Part shown: one piece after another, positions 43,101 through 58,400 of the stretch
Layout of the letters: the number at the start of each line of letters is the position of its first letter
Numbering within the stretch: the first letter of the stretch is position 1
DNA from: Bugula neritina
Taxonomy: Eukaryota; Animalia; Bryozoa
Reading direction: 5' to 3'
Assembly (NCBI GenBank): GCA_964035545.1
Contig: OZ037768.1
Location: forward strand, 11,006,741-11,070,740
DNA length: 64,000 nucleotides
Notes under the pieces: generated by a model
Seen by the model: only the letters and a program-made list of their open reading frames with translations
Told to the model about the DNA's origin: nothing
The model's database searches: none
Program-made: the position numbers and the translations under genes

Positions 43101-43118
43101 CTCACCTTGGAATCCCAT
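31173..43118 (-). CDS. PIDD1/DTHD1-like ZU5-ZU5-UPA-death-death domain protein
   Basis: Exons: putative 43118-43106 (MGFQG), 39888-39788, ~39212-38914, ~38486-38312, ~37935-37745, 36832-~36185, ~35645-35551, ~34871-34738, ~34046-33877, ~33545-33404, ~32328-32173, ~31941-31778, 31445-31173. ZU5 signatures VVSLGPHG...HFS and PIIMLGPHGVEFNKDVIIQLP...HFSWY. Death folds NWKEFAKHLGF and QWKSLGRNLSV...YQMLLKWK. The first exon is uncertain. Confidence 0.8.
34975..35050 (-). mobile_element. SINE fragment, same family as 5514-5730
   Basis: atagtcacccatgagaacctctgatggaaa...ggacttatt is the reverse complement of the SINE 3' body. Confidence 0.55.
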
Positions 43119-44981
43119 AATAAACTGCTTTTCATTGGTGGTCAGTAATGAGATTAAAATCATGCACAATTACCATACACACAATGACATTGACTACAAC
43201 TACTAATAGTATTTCACATTTGTTATTGTATTTGTAAAGTCTATCATTGAATCGCCTATTAACAGCACCAGCGATGAATTTTAAACGGAAATGGCCAGAG
43301 TCATCTAATCATTGAAATATAACTAGTTGTATTTCAATGCATCATTCGATAATTATTCTGGATATGACCTGAAATGGAACTAGGAACGATTTTCTCACCC
43401 CCAATTCTTTATTATAGAGTTATCTTATCTAAATACTGGTAGAGCATAACTCTTATATAAAAAATCTGCGTAAATTTCCGGATTAGAAGTTATGTTACCA
43501 TGTTATTATTCTCATTAATAAATCAATAAATTGTTATCTACACAACAGGCATAGAATGCCATGTAGAAGCCACTAAACTTCTCTTTAGCTCTGATGAATA
43601 CATAACTCATCTTTAATTTTCATTTTACAAATCACATTGTAGCAAAAAATGTGCTCCATATAGTAATATTATATAGTTGTTGGGTCTTCAAACAAAGTTC
43701 CAAACAATTCCAATATGTTAATGGCTTTTTATAAGACTGTACTCTGTGTCTTTTTGTGCGTTCTTCCATTGAAAAGTTCTCTAAACCACCATATTATATA
43801 TAGACAACTTCCATTGCTAAGGCTAGCCGGTCAGTTTATCGATCAACCTCCTCTACTGCTCTATTCATCTAACTTTATGCAATGGTTTAGTCATTATAAG
43901 TGGTTGGTTTGACGGAACTATAACTTTATTACTCTCCTAACCAGATTTAAATATACTCTGCAAGATCGTAGAATCAAATAAAACACGTTGAACTAGAAGT
44001 GAGTCCTGCAAATGTGGGTATCTAACTTGTAAAATAACAGGCAGTAACACAGTCTGGCTGCTAAGCATATGCCAACGTTTAGTTGATTATACCTTAAATA
44101 TAGTTAATTTTATAACTTTTCTGTATATCTAGTTATATTATAATTTTTAATTGCTTTCTATTACAGTGTTTGTATTTGGCTATGTTATATAACATGGCTT
44201 ATTATAATTTTAGACTATATTTGTAACTAATAGTTTTATCATATTATAATATGGTAAAAAGTTATATTTATGCTGTACAGTAATCATGGGGGTCTATTTG
44301 TAATTTTGTCAAGTTCGAGAGACTTGCCCCTTAAAACCTATGCGGCATTTCATTAAAAAACCAACTGCTTAGACAAGATGATAAACACTGGTGCTTGTAC
44401 ATTAATATCTATTGTTGATAATTATTTTTACTATAATAAACAAAGTTAAAGAAATGGACTTAACAGCATCACTGAATGAGTGTAGTAATACAACTGCAAA
44501 CATCATAATTCATGTTGCTGTAAGTTTTGAAAGTTTTGAGTGCAGCTATTATAGAGCTACGACAGTGACTAAACCGATATCTGTATGTACAAGAAATATG
44601 CCTGTTTAATGAACCTTTAAAGAATTTTAAATAAAAATTACTGAATTTATTGAAGAAACAGTCTGAATAACATAATATAATGGTATAATTCAATAAACTT
44701 GCTGAATACACCAAGTACAGTACAAATTTTAGATCACTGTTTACAAAGGAAACGCATAAGCCAACCACAGTACACTTCTTATATGCTCTGTATTTGTATT
44801 GTAAAGAGTATATCGCTTAAACAATCTCTAGGGACTAAACATTCAAGTTTTCCCCTGGTAACATTTCTTTATCAAAAAAATACTATAAATTGAGTGACAG
44901 TAGCGGATGACGGGTAATCATCATTAGAACTAGTACACCATTGTAAGCTAGAATCTATAAGTACATGCAGTAGAAGTCAAT

Positions 44982-47520
44982 ATGGGGTTAGGCGCAGCTG
45001 AAGGAAAATGCAGTGTTTGCTCTAAACACATGCTAGTTGCATTCAACATAATATTTTGTGTAAGTTTTTGCTCTTTAACTCCTATAAAGATGAAAAACAT
45101 AATGAACTGGTGCTAATAATATAATACTAAACTGAATCATATATTTGCATCTTATATTACATTTCTTTTATATTACATATTGCTTAAATGAAAATATTAT
45201 TAGCTTTTAGTAGGCTACAGTGTTTATTTCTAGTTCATAGGAATCGGACTGGTGGTAGTTGGTACTTACGCATACATTCAGCTGCATGAATATAACACTT
45301 TCTTTGGAGAGACACAGATTACTGGCCCAGCAATAGTTCTAATTTTGTTTGGTTGCGTCACATTTGCTGTGGCTGCTATTGGTTGTCTCGGAGCTTTTAA
45401 GGAAAGTTCATTCTTACTTTTTATGGTAAGTTCAGGATGCTAGAGATGTGGTCTAGGCTTCTAGATCACCGGCTCCTCAGACACAAAGTATGTGAATCGA
45501 ATCCAGCCAAGTTATTACATTATATTTTACGCAGTAATTAATTTCTGTTTATGTTGTTCTGAAAGTTTTGTATAGCCAATTATTTTGAGATTTTTATTTC
45601 TGTTAACAAAAAGTTAATATCACTTCTTGCAGTTGGCAAATAGTTTTGCTTTGAGTAGTTCATGTAAAAGCAATGTTATAAGTTATCAAATAGCTATTTG
45701 TTCTAGTCTCTTTAAATAGATTGCAATAAACGATATAAATTATTCTATATTGGAAAATGGCTTAGGGATTTAAAGCCAACATTTCAATCTCCAAAAAAGG
45801 GACCTGATGCATTGTACTGTAGTCTAAAACTGTACTTGAATGACAGTTTGTATAAAAAAAGAATTGAAAATATCAAATATAATTGCAACTAGTGATAAAC
45901 AAAATATAAAAGTGCTAATTGATACCTGAAGCCGTTGGAAGATTGAATGACTGCTTAACTTTATGCTGCTAAACCCTTAACTAAAACGTATTGTTGGCGC
46001 TGATGATTTATTTTAGTTATAAGGATCTAGCAACATGTCACATAAAATTTGTTTAAGCATTATTATACCCCAACAACCCTGCAATGTAAAAGCATAGTTT
46101 TTAACCATATATTCCTTTGTAAATCTGACCTTTTTCAACTTATAGAACATAAAATTATTTTTTAAAAATAACTTACTACTTAAAAATATAATGTTATGTT
46201 TTTTTGTAAATATACACCCTCCATAATAACCACTATTATAAGTGCAGTACATGAAACATCATAATTATGATCTCTCTAAACATGCTGTCAGAAGCATCAT
46301 TATAACTCTGGTATAATAGAGACAAAAAAAGCAAAGTAACTTGTATGCTTCTATATCATTCAGATTAAACTGTGAGGAATCCATGTATAGCTATATATCA
46401 TGCAATATTATACCGTATTCATTACAGATAAAGTCAATCAAAGTATTAGGAGTCAAATGTCAAACAAATTTACCAACACCTTACAAATTTTCAATATTAA
46501 AATATTAGTTACAATTATGATTTTTTATGATTATCAATGGAAATCAGATGGATTAGAATATACACTTTTTCTGTTGTAGTATAGCTAAAAATCTTGCTTT
46601 GTAGTTTGCAACAGTAGTTGGTGTTGTCTTGGTGACAGAGTTAGTTTGTGGGGTTGTTGCCTTCATATTCAAAGAGCAGCTGCAGGCCTTCGTTGAGGAG
46701 AATGCAAATCTACTAATGAAAGTATACAATGAGAGTATTGAGAACGAAGTGAAGACTGTCTGGGATAAAATGCATGAAAACTTTGTGAGTTTATAGATTT
46801 TCAATCAAGCAGACTATTTGGTTGATTAAATTTTAGATTTGAGCTGAATTTGCATGTCTTCTATAATTATGTTGACCATTTAAAGACAAAACCTGTAGAC
46901 TGTAGTGCACTGCATTATGAAACGTTAAGCCATGATACTGAGACAACCAGATATTGGCTACAGTTGTATTATTCGCAGGAATGTTGTGGGGCAAAAGGGA
47001 GGTTTGAATGGCAGAATGCAACTATAGCAACACAACAAAATGGTGTGGTTCCAGCTAGCTGTAAGAACTATACAGTACGTATATTCATAACAACCTGTGA
47101 AAAAATATTAAAAAATTACCAAAAACTATTGAAGCTAACACGTTGATATGTTTAGGTGTATGACATTTTTTCTTTTGATGTTGAGCTACTCGAACTGCTG
47201 TAATTCATATTGGTTATGCTAAATCCAATCAAGTGTTATCAACATGTTCATGCATACTAACAAACTTTATTCTGCAGTCAGGTTGTGTGGAGAGCTTTGT
47301 GACTTATGCTGAAGACAACATTTTGATACTTGGAGCAGCCGCCACTGCATTGGCTGGAACACAGGTAAGGCACAACTATTGACCTAAATGATTCAGATTT
47401 TCCAGAAAAATAAGTCAATTTTTCACCATTAAAGTTTCTGTTGACACATTGTAGATAGCTGGAATTGTCCTGTCATGCATGCTGGGTTGTTCCTTACGGA
47501 AAAGTACTCAACAACAATGA
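44982..47520 (+). CDS. Tetraspanin (~232 aa, 4-Cys EC2)
   Basis: Exons 44982-45059, 45234-45425, 46605-46784, 46979-47074, 47278-47364 and 47455-47520, all phase 0, 699 nt. Motifs CSKHMLVAFNIIF, IGCLGAFKES, ECCG, VPASC, GC; four hydrophobic helices. Confidence 0.93.
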
Positions 47521-48179
47521 ATTCTTCACAAACAAGATGAAGCTGCAGTATATTAGAACATGTGTGAAACTGAATGTAAATATTGTATGTACAAATAGCT
47601 GTTTTATATTTATAAATGTAGAAATCACATGAGATTATGAAATACCCCAAGCACCAGATAGTAGACTAAAATAACCTAATCAAATACTCAAGACAAAAGA
47701 TCCCATCAGCATTCATATTCCTAATTGCAAATAAAGTATACATAAAGATGTGTACATATTTAAACATTTCATGCATCCCTAGATGTGTTTTGTCTATATC
47801 AAGTATAACACAACCTGTAGTATTATCACAGTATTACAATAAATTAAATAACATGCTGTATTATAACATTTTATTTTGAAGCTGTATTTATGATGCATAA
47901 TTAAAGTCAAATAATATCAGCTTTAGTCATGAAAACATTATCTCCCCTATGCTTTGATTATATCACTTTGAGTTCAACTCAACTATAGTTGGAAAAATCC
48001 CACACATAATTTACATAACCATTATGGTTCCGATGTATTGAAACAGGCGCTCAATAACATTGCCAAATGTGAAAAATAAACATGTTGGGTAGAATCAAAT
48101 TAGGACTGTGTATAAGTAGTAAACTGATTCAAGTTCATCATATACCTATAGTAAGCTATTGAGCTTCCTATCATCAATG

Positions 48180-51100
48180 TCATGAAGTCACTTGGCCGGA
48201 TACTTCATCAAAAAAGGTAGAATTCAAAAATGAGAGATTTTCACAACTTTTAATGGCAGCAAGCACATCGCTGACTGTTAAATCTACAGTGTCGTCACCA
48301 GTCTTTGTAGAAAATGATTTCCTAATAAGATCTTCCATAAAAATATTATACAACTTATACATAACGTGAGCTGTGATGCAATTGGATACGCCACTAGCAG
48401 CAGAAGATACTGTGTCCAGGTTGACACCTATCTGACTAGTCAGCTGCTGTATCCATCTACTCTCTCTGGTGGGTAGAATTACAACAGCTGTCTCTTTGTT
48501 CTTGACTGACTCTCTCTCCAACACAGGATCTTTCTTATCTAAAATCACACAGCATCAACTGCACAAAAAATGCACATCTTTCACATATACATTACTTACT
48601 GTAGAATAAATGCAGAATCATAGCCCTGGAAATATCCCTTTCTAAATATATCCAAAAAGTACCGGGCATCAGGTGCGTTACATATTAATAGAACCTGTAC
48701 TGACAGGCGAAAGTGAATGCTTGTTTAATTTTATTAATACCATTACTAACTCAACTCACAGAAACATAATCTAAAATCAGAGCAAACTGTAACACAGAGA
48801 ATGAAAACCTACTAGGAGGCTGGCTAATGATATCTACTTCCAAGCTGTCTTCTTTCATAGATATATCTCCAGGAGAAACCCCCTGCACTAACATACTTCT
48901 TGCTAACAAACTAAGCTCATTGGCTGGAGAGCTGTTAACAGGTGAGCAGCTGAGTCTGTCCTCAGGTGAAGTACAGGGTGTATAGAGATTTTTTCGGCAC
49001 CAAACCTACACAGCATCAATTATATCACACATGTATGACATTATATCATTCAGACAGTTGCATTGCTCAAGTGCTGAGAATTTAGACATGGTCAATCAAC
49101 AAATCCTTATATTGAAAGGTGAACAGGCGATATTGCATCCAACACACACAAGTTAGTACGCTGATTGTCTCTTTACTGAAACATATGATAATTTATAAAA
49201 GTGTTATAGAATATAAAAATTGCAAGAGCAGACATTAAATGTTAAGATTAAATCCTTGGGTCAACTTGAGAGTGTAACGTGAAATGACTCGTTGATCTGG
49301 GACTAGAATCTAATGCTTAATTTAATCAACACTCTAATAAGTTACAGTAACTCTATTTATACATAAAAGTAAAACTGCACTTGGCACATCTAAACACATT
49401 CATTAGATAGATTAAATGTAATACATATCACATGTAAAAAATGAAAACTCACGGCCAATTCAGTGCGAATAATATACAACAAACCACCAGCCTACAAGCA
49501 TTGAATTAGCAGTAGATGTTCCACCATCCAACCTTACCATTATCTGCTTAGTTGTCCAAGGCTTTTGTCCATAAAATTTTGTGTTAGATTTCGTAACATA
49601 TTTTTGTAGACTCGCTTTAACATTATTAGCTCTATGCAACTCCAGTGCCCTTCGTTTTCCTACAGAATATGTTATGACTTTAGAACACTTTATATGCAAT
49701 TGTAACTTTGATCATAACTACAGCATTACCTGTAACGGACTCAATTTCAGTCAAGGTAATACAAGCTAAGTTTATGTGTTTAAAACTACCATCAGACAAT
49801 TGAAACAGCTTATAACAAAAACTGATGTTCAAAACTTATCCTTAGGCAAATGTAAGGGTGGAATAGGTAAAGTTAAAACAAGTTTATTCTGTGTGAGTAG
49901 TTGATTTAAAAATTACCAATAAATTTCTAAATTTTCATGTTCAAGAATAAAAATACTAAAACAAATAAATAAGCTACGTCTATGCAGTTCAAAAATCAAA
50001 ATATCACTTGAGTTTAATTGATATGTGCTAATTCCTAGCACAAGGACAAATTCAATTTCACTTAATAAAAGTTAGTCCACACTTTGGTTCTCTCACTATA
50101 AACCTGTTCAAAATCATGGCATGGAGTAGAAACTTGGTGCTAATTCCACCTATGACTGACTGCAATACAAGCTAAAACAGCTGACTAATACTATACTGTT
50201 AGACAGTCAACTAGTTGAAAAGAATCAAAGACCCGGTGGTTAAAACAGCATAAAAAGGATGAAACTAACCCACTGGCCAGGACATATAAGTTTGAAGAGT
50301 TGGCTGTAGTGGAGAATCATTGGATGATGACTCCCAGATGAGCGGGTAGAGTTTGGCAAGGTGCCCAACCAATGATGATATGTCAGGTATTAGTGACAGA
50401 TCTGGAAGCTGATAGGTGAGCGATGTTTCAGCTTGAGCGGCAGCAGATGTCTTACCAGCAGCTAAAATGGAAGAACACTGTGAAGAACTAAAAGGTAGAC
50501 AGCAACAATTACAAGCTATCAAGGCAATATTACTATTACATAACAAAATGAAAGCTGAAATCATTAGTTTTGAAGATTGCCTTTATACTTCGAGTCTAAT
50601 TGTTTTTAACAATCTTGGAGTCAAAAGTGCAACATTATAGGCATTCATGGATGTGACAGAAAACAATACACAAATATAATTAAAAAGTACCTGCTGTCAA
50701 CTTAGTTTAAATACAAAAGCACCAAACCTACTTTAATCTGATTGAATAGTTAAACATTTTGAGATTTCACTAACATTAATTTGTAAAAATATACTTTACT
50801 AGCCAACATTTCATCATAAATCATATTCATCAATCAATGCTACTTTGACTCTAGTAGGTTCAAAGGAGCAGCAAGCACTGTGGCAGCGAGATTTGTTTAA
50901 ATTAAATTTATGGGTACGTTCTTAGGGGTTTATGCATACAGTTTGTGGCTCTGCTTTAACATCATCCTGAGAAAATTATAATACAGCAAAATCTCTGTTT
51001 AAAGCAGAATTACAAAGAGCCTACACTCAAAATCACACTGAAGATGATTATAGACATAAGCAACTAATAGCACGTATTACCATAGGAAGGAGCTGGAATT

Positions 51101-54100
51101 CTAGTAGGCTGTATTTTAGCACCAATATTTTGTCCCACTGCCGATTGTGTGGCTGAAGAAGGCTGGCTTGTAGGTTCTTTTCTCTTCTTTACCAACATTA
51201 TTCTCCCATCGGGTAGTCTGCATTTAAACACCTCTGGGGAATTGCTAGCCATCAAATTCAAAGCAGATTTCGACTTTACTGAAGTCATATCATGAGGTTT
51301 GCAATTGGATGTTACAGATGCAGGTTGGACTATTGAGTTAGTGTTAAGGTTTTGTACTAATGGGTTAGGCAAATCTCCTTCATGTGATATTAATATCTGT
51401 TTATTAGAGGTAGAGTTTGATATCGAGCTAGAGAACTGGCCAGCTGCGGCATTGGGCGTGGTTGAAGTTGAGTTCAATTTCTGAGGTTTTAAAAGGGATT
51501 TTGTAAACTTGGTTTTAGAAAGAAGAGAAACACTGCCATTGGTATTAGGTGGATGATTCAACACTCTAACTAGCTTGACTGCCATTTTGTTAGGCGTATT
51601 GCTTTTTAATGTGGTGCTGTTGTTAGTCTTAACTGAGTGATTTTGTATTGAATTATTATCAGCTGAAAGTCTGGGTTTCTTTGGTAAAGGACAATTTGAC
51701 GTATCAGTATACGAATCATCAGATTTTTGAAGAAAACATCCCATTTGTTTTTCTTCAGAGAATTTTTCTACAGGTTTCTCATCGAGTTTCTCAGATTGAC
51801 ACTTTTGAGGTGAAGGATGTCTGATGGTTGAGTCTACTGCACTGTGCCCAGTCAACACTGCATCCAGTTCAATCGGTTTCGGTACTTCCTGAGGTGTAGA
51901 TATAAATTGATTACATATTTGCTTTTGGGGTCTAACGGAATGCTTGGCACAGACAACATTTAGTTCATCACATTAGCATTACCAGTCCCCTAGTAACCCC
52001 CCCCCCCATAGGTTGAACTTGTGATTTGGCAAGTTTAGGGTTTTAGATCTCTATTTCTGAGAGCCAAGTGATAAATGCATCTAGTACATTAAAGAACTAC
52101 ATTTTTAAGCAAATACCTCAATTATGACGAGTTGAATGTTAAAACAGCCAAACTTAGTAATTAATTTATCTAAACAATTTTGATTTTGCAGACTGATGAT
52201 AAAATAGAGGTTTATGCTAAGCTTTAAAGTTAGTAACGTCTGACTAAATACTAAACTTTAATATTCCTATTATAAAACTTAGGTGTATTTATAGTCCCCA
52301 TCCCTGTGAGAACCCTTGGTGTAAAGGTTTCATAAGAGAGTTAGGGACTTGTTTTCTATGATGGGAAAGGAGCAATTATGCCTGAATGTACTTCAATATT
52401 ACTACTATAACGAGGCTAACTAGATGAGATAAATTTAAAAACATGCATAACTTTTTTACTATAGAATATGTTTGCTTTTAAAAAAATGTCCACTGCTGGG
52501 CAAATGACAAAGGGCAGAAAACTCCATTTCAAATAATCTCAACAGTACAAAGACAGCAACTAACATTGTTTGTGACATCAGCAGGCTTAGAGATAGGTAA
52601 TGATGTTTCTACTTCGACATCCACATGTGTCTCAGCTCCAAGACTTTGTTCTCCGGTGTACGTTCTGTCCAATTTGAGCATATGGATAATATCAACCTTG
52701 CGCCCTCTGCAGTCTTTCAGATGAAGTTTCACTCTGACTGGAAACTCTCCCCATCCTAATAATCAACACAATGAAGATACCCAGATAATGAGCCAACTAT
52801 CAGTGTGTTTCAAAGCTTCGTTATGCAATAAATTTTTCATTCAATGTTTGGAAACCCCAAACCACAAACATAAGTTCATGGAAACCGCAACCACAAGTTC
52901 AGTACAGCATCCATTAGCATAATTCGAAGTAATGGAAACACAGTGATTTTTATAAAATGAGTATGGCCTGGCTATGTTCTTACTAGAATATAACCATATA
53001 AGTGATATTGCAAGGACGAGACTATTTATATGATAGATTTTCTAACAGAATAAAGCTGAATTATGCCTCTTTTTGGAAATTTCTGATTTTGAAACTAGCT
53101 ATAGGGTATTATATGACAATTTCAGAAAATTCATAAAACTATCATAGAGGCAAATTTGTCTAAGGATGGACTCAATAATAGATACTATAAATCTGACTTA
53201 ATTATAATCAGATATTTACCACAGTGCATTGGGCCCTGCTAGAACTAAAAATTTATTTATTCACCCCCTCCCCCTAATTGAATGCCAAACAACCTAACAT
53301 TTGGAATTTTAACAAAATAGTCACATACAATTTTATTTCAATTATTGCTCAGGGTTACCTATGTTTAAATAACTGATACACTTTTCAATTTAAAGATTTA
53401 GTTAGCCTTAACTATGTTTGTCAATCAAAGCATAACAACTTTTCTAAAAAAATACATGTAAAAAGCACTACACAGAAAAATTATGAATGATAAATCAAAC
53501 AAATATTTGAGAGCTTACTTTAACTAACCACCTGTAAAACATTGCATTATTGGTAAAACAGACAACATCTTTGCAACTTTTTATACCTATACAATCTGCG
53601 ACTAACTTGTATTATGATTTGGCAGATGAAACACACAGGTGTAACATACCACGTCTCGTGAGATGAAATGGAGGAGTTGTAATTTCAACAAGATCATTAG
53701 GTTTATATGTAGGATGGAGAAAGAACCATACTTTGGACACAATAGGCGCTATATTCGGTTGTTCCCTAGGTCCCCTTACATACACCATCCACTTATGAGT
53801 AGACTACAAAACAATTGAGTAAAGATGAGAAGTGCTTAAAACATTACGCTCAGACAAAAAATCAGAAAGTACTCATACATTAGACTCAAATTCATGCATA
53901 TCTATATATACACATAGTATACAGCCTCTCTTACATGTTGAACACACCTGGTCATTTTTCTGGCGGCTATCAACAGGAATGTATTTAGACACATTCCCAA
54001 CAACTATGCGGTGTTTGGTTTTATTGAGACCGGAATTTTTTACAGTTGAGATGGATTCAGGCAGTCTTTTGATTGGCTTGGGTACTGACCCAACTGGTTT

Positions 54101-54460
54101 CAAGAGAGTTTTCTCATTTTTATCAATTGTGGTAGACCCCGTAACGGAATTACCACACTTGCTAATCTCAGTCTGTACAGCAGGGTGAATTCCTTGTTGA
54201 ACTCCTTGGGTTTTACCTTCAGCTCGATCATAGTAAGAAATCAATATCGCTGCACGTAATCTATCTAAGAGCAACTTTGTTTCATTTAATCTTTTATCCA
54301 CCTCGAAAATATCTGATTCAAGGCCAGTAATCTCTTTTGACAATTGAGAGTCAAGAACAATAGCAACTTTCTTTTCAACCTCCTCTACAGAGTTAGAATT
54401 TAGTGGTCTTCTGCTAATGTCAGCAGACACACTTCTATAATCTTCATACTCTGGATCCAT
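48180..54460 (-). CDS. YEATS2: YEATS domain-containing protein 2 (ATAC complex)
   Basis: Exons 54460-~53949, ~53804-53651, ~52756-52565, ~51889-51080, ~50461-50270, ~49665-49538, ~49005-48811 and ~48500-48180 (some boundaries uncertain). YEATS domain [66 protein letters not shown]; C-terminal [23 protein letters not shown]. Confidence 0.93.
52290..52400 (-). mobile_element. SINE fragment, same family as 5514-5730
   Basis: ttatagtccccatccctgtgagaa...ggagcaattatgcctgaatg is the reverse complement of the SINE body. Confidence 0.55.
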
Positions 54461-54971
54461 AATCTCAACTCTTAAACCTAAAACATAATGAGCATGTAAC
54501 CAAAACTTTCAATCTTTAGGTCTCCAAATTACTCTTTCTAACAGATTTTTAAAACTTCAACTATTAAAATAATTCATCAAGTTAAATTTAAACTTAATTA
54601 ATCCTTAGTCTTGGCTATACTTTTAATTTTATGTAGTTCATAACAATGAACAAAGTCAAATGTTCACGGACCTAGCTTCCTGTACATACTCATAGTGACA
54701 GTTACACTCATAGCTAGTATTTTTATATTTATTAAAACCTGTAGATATATTAGCATTTATACAGATAACAATGGTATTGCTATACTTTTACTTTTAGTGA
54801 AACTAATAAGTATGTAAAATGATGATATTACTAAGATTAGTACTATAAAATTACAAAATACTAGCATTTAATAATTACAATAACAATGATAATTAGTTAT
54901 AAATCACACAATTTGAATTGTATTATGGCTATACAAATATTATAATAGTTTTAAACTTAAGATTAATACTA

Positions 54972-55381
54972 TGTTACCTGCAAGTGCAAATTAATATGAG
55001 AGTCAAACTCAAAACAAATAACGGAGACTAGCAGTAACTTATAATAATGATTATAATAATAATTATAATAATAATACGAATAATAATATATCGACAGCCC
55101 CAAGCTGTCACCGTGACCTCCAAACCACCCCTTAGTCACCCCAATCTCCACCCGTGATCTGCCCAGCAAATCACCGTATTCGCCCAGAATACAATGACCA
55201 GAAACTTGAATTTGCTAAACTCTCTAATAGATATAAACGTTCTCAGTCCAACACTGTCACACGATTGATAGAGGCTTTTATTTCGCAGCGCAGCACGAGG
55301 AGAAGTCCTTGACCCCTGCTGTGTACCTAAGCACTCTATCTTGCTGCGCCGCTAACGGCATCGGCATACTTACAGCCCACA
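54972..55381 (-). repeat. 3' LTR
   Basis: Direct repeat of 59865-60274; adjacent to the PPT. Confidence 0.97.
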
Positions 55382-55406
55382 TCTCCCCTAGCTTCTTACA
55401 AAGCTA

Positions 55407-58400
55407 CTATGGAGACGCCACGACCTCTGGCCAATCAACATAATCAGCCAAGTACGCAGGTCGCCGCCGCACACGTTGCGGCCGTCCATGATGGAGCAGC
55501 GGCACATCTGCATTCTCGCTCTCCTCAGCATCAACTCCAACCTGTTCGGTGGGGCGTTCTGGACACCTTACACCATTCACATCAGCATCGGGTTGGGCTG
55601 GGTCTTCCCGAATAGCATACTGACCCGCATTGGCCTCCTCGCCATGCTCCTCGCTCAACACTAACGGCAGATCCCCTGGAGGCCCAGCATAGGGTATATG
55701 CTGATCATCAACACGAGCAGAGAGGCCACCCTGATGGCGCCTTCCACCGTGCTGAGCAAGCTCTCCACCATGGCGACGCTTTCGCACGTCTCTGACATGC
55801 CGTGGTACCCCATTCACACACACTGTGTGTCTTGATACAACCCCGGTGACCTCACCGAGTGCCCACTGCCTGGTGCACGAGGGTGTTGGTGGCTTCAGCC
55901 AGACTTCATCGCCAATGGCGAAGTTACAGTCACCACAAACGCCAGCTTCTGTGGTATTAATATCAAATGGTACCCGCCAAGGGTATCGAAAGAGTACGTT
56001 AGAAGGCACCGAACCTTCATCTGCGTCCTTCCTGGGTGTCACATTATACCAGAATGTGGCTTCTTCGGGAGAAATCCCCCCTCTCTCCGCAATCCTTTTG
56101 ATTGTCCGGTGGTTTCTCTCGACAATCCCGTTGCCGCTCGGGGCGTAAGCGGCTCTGAATCGAAGAGATATTCCCCACTCGTCAGCAAACTCCTCAACAG
56201 ATGCTGACCTGAATGCCATGGAGTTGTCCAAGAGCAACTCTTCACATGGCCCTCGCTCAATCACAACGCTGCGCAATTGAGCAACAATTTTTTCTGCAGA
56301 CTCACTCTGAAGACGTCGCCAGATGGCCAGTCGCGACGGACCACAGTCGACCATCGACAGAAACAGTCTGCCATCGTAGTGGGTTACATCAATCGCAACT
56401 CTCTGCCAATTTCCTTCTACTGACAAGCTTCCTGTCGGGACAATGTTCTCAGACCTTAAGGCGGGGTCGACCCTCTGGCATGTCTCACACCCAGCCAACT
56501 CGCGCTTCACTTGCTCTCTGGACAGATCTCTACGAATTTGTCGAGCAAGGTAAAGCGTCCGATCAACGCCTAAATGATGAGGCAGGTGCGCCGCCCAAAT
56601 GGCATCTTCCACACTTTCCCCTGTTGAAAGTGCTGCAATCACCTGCATGTCGGTGCTGCCAAGTCCACGGCTCCCAAGCCACTGCTTAGCCACCCTAGTC
56701 ATGCAATCAGCTTTGTTTTCTGCCGTCGGCACAAAACGAACTGATATTTCAAGGTCGAACTCGGTGATCGTGTCTCGGATTACACCCAAACGACGCTTTA
56801 TGAGCATCTCTGCAGCACTCTTTGTTCTTACGCGACTACGGGCGTCAACAGTGTTTCCCATCCAGTTGACGACCGTGAGCGAGTCGATTGCTAGCGTGAA
56901 GGTTTTAAACCCCCACGTGACCGCCAGGTTGATTCCTCTAGCCACAGCCTCCAACTCGGCAACATTGATATGGGAATGATCGGACTCCTTCCGTAGCCAT
57001 GACGCATCCTCTACAACATTGCCATCTACCTCCAGGACCACGCCTATCCCTATGGAGCTAGCATCTGTCCACACTGTAACAGATCCCCCTGGATTCACTC
57101 GCCAGCACCCCCGCACAGGGTCCTCTCGCTTAGCTCTGTTCAGCAACTCTGCAGCCAGATTGCTGACAGCATTTCCAACAGGAGCATCCCAACCCCCACC
57201 ACATCCTAATCGTTTGAGGAAGCTGCAGTGCATACGGAGCCATCCGGCCACCGGATAGTGACCGACCAACCGACCACAAAGGGAGAAGAGGCCACGCTTT
57301 GTGAGGCTTTTTGGCTTCAAGTGGATCTCTGAGAGGGCTGTTGCCCTCATCATTCGTAGTTCTCCGCGACTGTCGCTTTTAAGGGCAATTCCCAACAGTC
57401 GACCTCCATCAAGACTTTCCGGCTCTTTAGTCTCGAGCCCATACTTGGCTAGATGCTTTCGTACTTCCTCAGCACCGACAACAGACTCCTGCACCACTAT
57501 GTCATCAATGTAGTGGTCCGTTGCCCGACGAACCCGGTCGTCCATCGACAGTACTTTACCAAGAATCGAAGTCATAATTCTGGGAGCGCACGACAGTCCA
57601 AAACCGAGCCGAGTCAGGGCGTAGTGCACCCCCTTATGTCTAACGACCTGGTACTTCCACAGATCTTTGGCTATGTGAATTTGAAGATAGGCTGACTTCA
57701 GATCCACAACTCGGAGGTTACCTTTCAACTGTCTCCACTTTCTAATCTTTTCACTACACACCGCAACCTTGTCATCGCCAGTGTGAGATTCCACGTAGTT
57801 GTTCAGCTCACGGTAGTCCATGACCGGCCGCACCTTGTCCTTAGTTGGCTGGAACACTGCAAGCAAAGGGATAACCCCTTCAACTGGGCCATCCCATCGC
57901 TTTAACCAACCCTTGGAGATCCAGCTCTCCAGCTCTGCGCAGTAGCGTTCATGAATCTGAGGCGCCTGAGTACACCTGTACTCTGACACACGAGTTTGGA
58001 GCTTTGATGGAGACTCCCCGGTCCACCGCCAACTGACGGTCCATCGACCATTGTCGAAATTGGCCACGAAATCGGGATCCTCCACTCGCAGCGACCCCAA
58101 GTCACTGCTACGACTATCATTGACAGCTGTCGTAGCCCCACAGGCCAGGCCTGGGCTGGCAACTTTCTGACGAGGAAAGTCACAGCAGCCAGCTGAACTC
58201 TGCTTTCCCCAGACAACAGAGTATCGCGAGTCAGAGCCTCTCCTGACAGTCACACCTCCCATATGGTCGATGGCATCACCACCAATGAGGCAATCAACGC
58301 CAAGGTTCCCCAACTCGCTCATGACAGGAGCCGAGACACTGAAGCAGTGTCCCTGCAGTCCAACGGTAACTCGGCAAGTGCCCTCCACGTGAGAGGCACT

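Noticed and set aside
54969-55169. Tyr-rich ORFs in the LTRs (also 59784-60062) and the Ile/Met-rich ORF at 60697-60891
   Set aside because: Translations of TAT/ATT microsatellite-like tracts.
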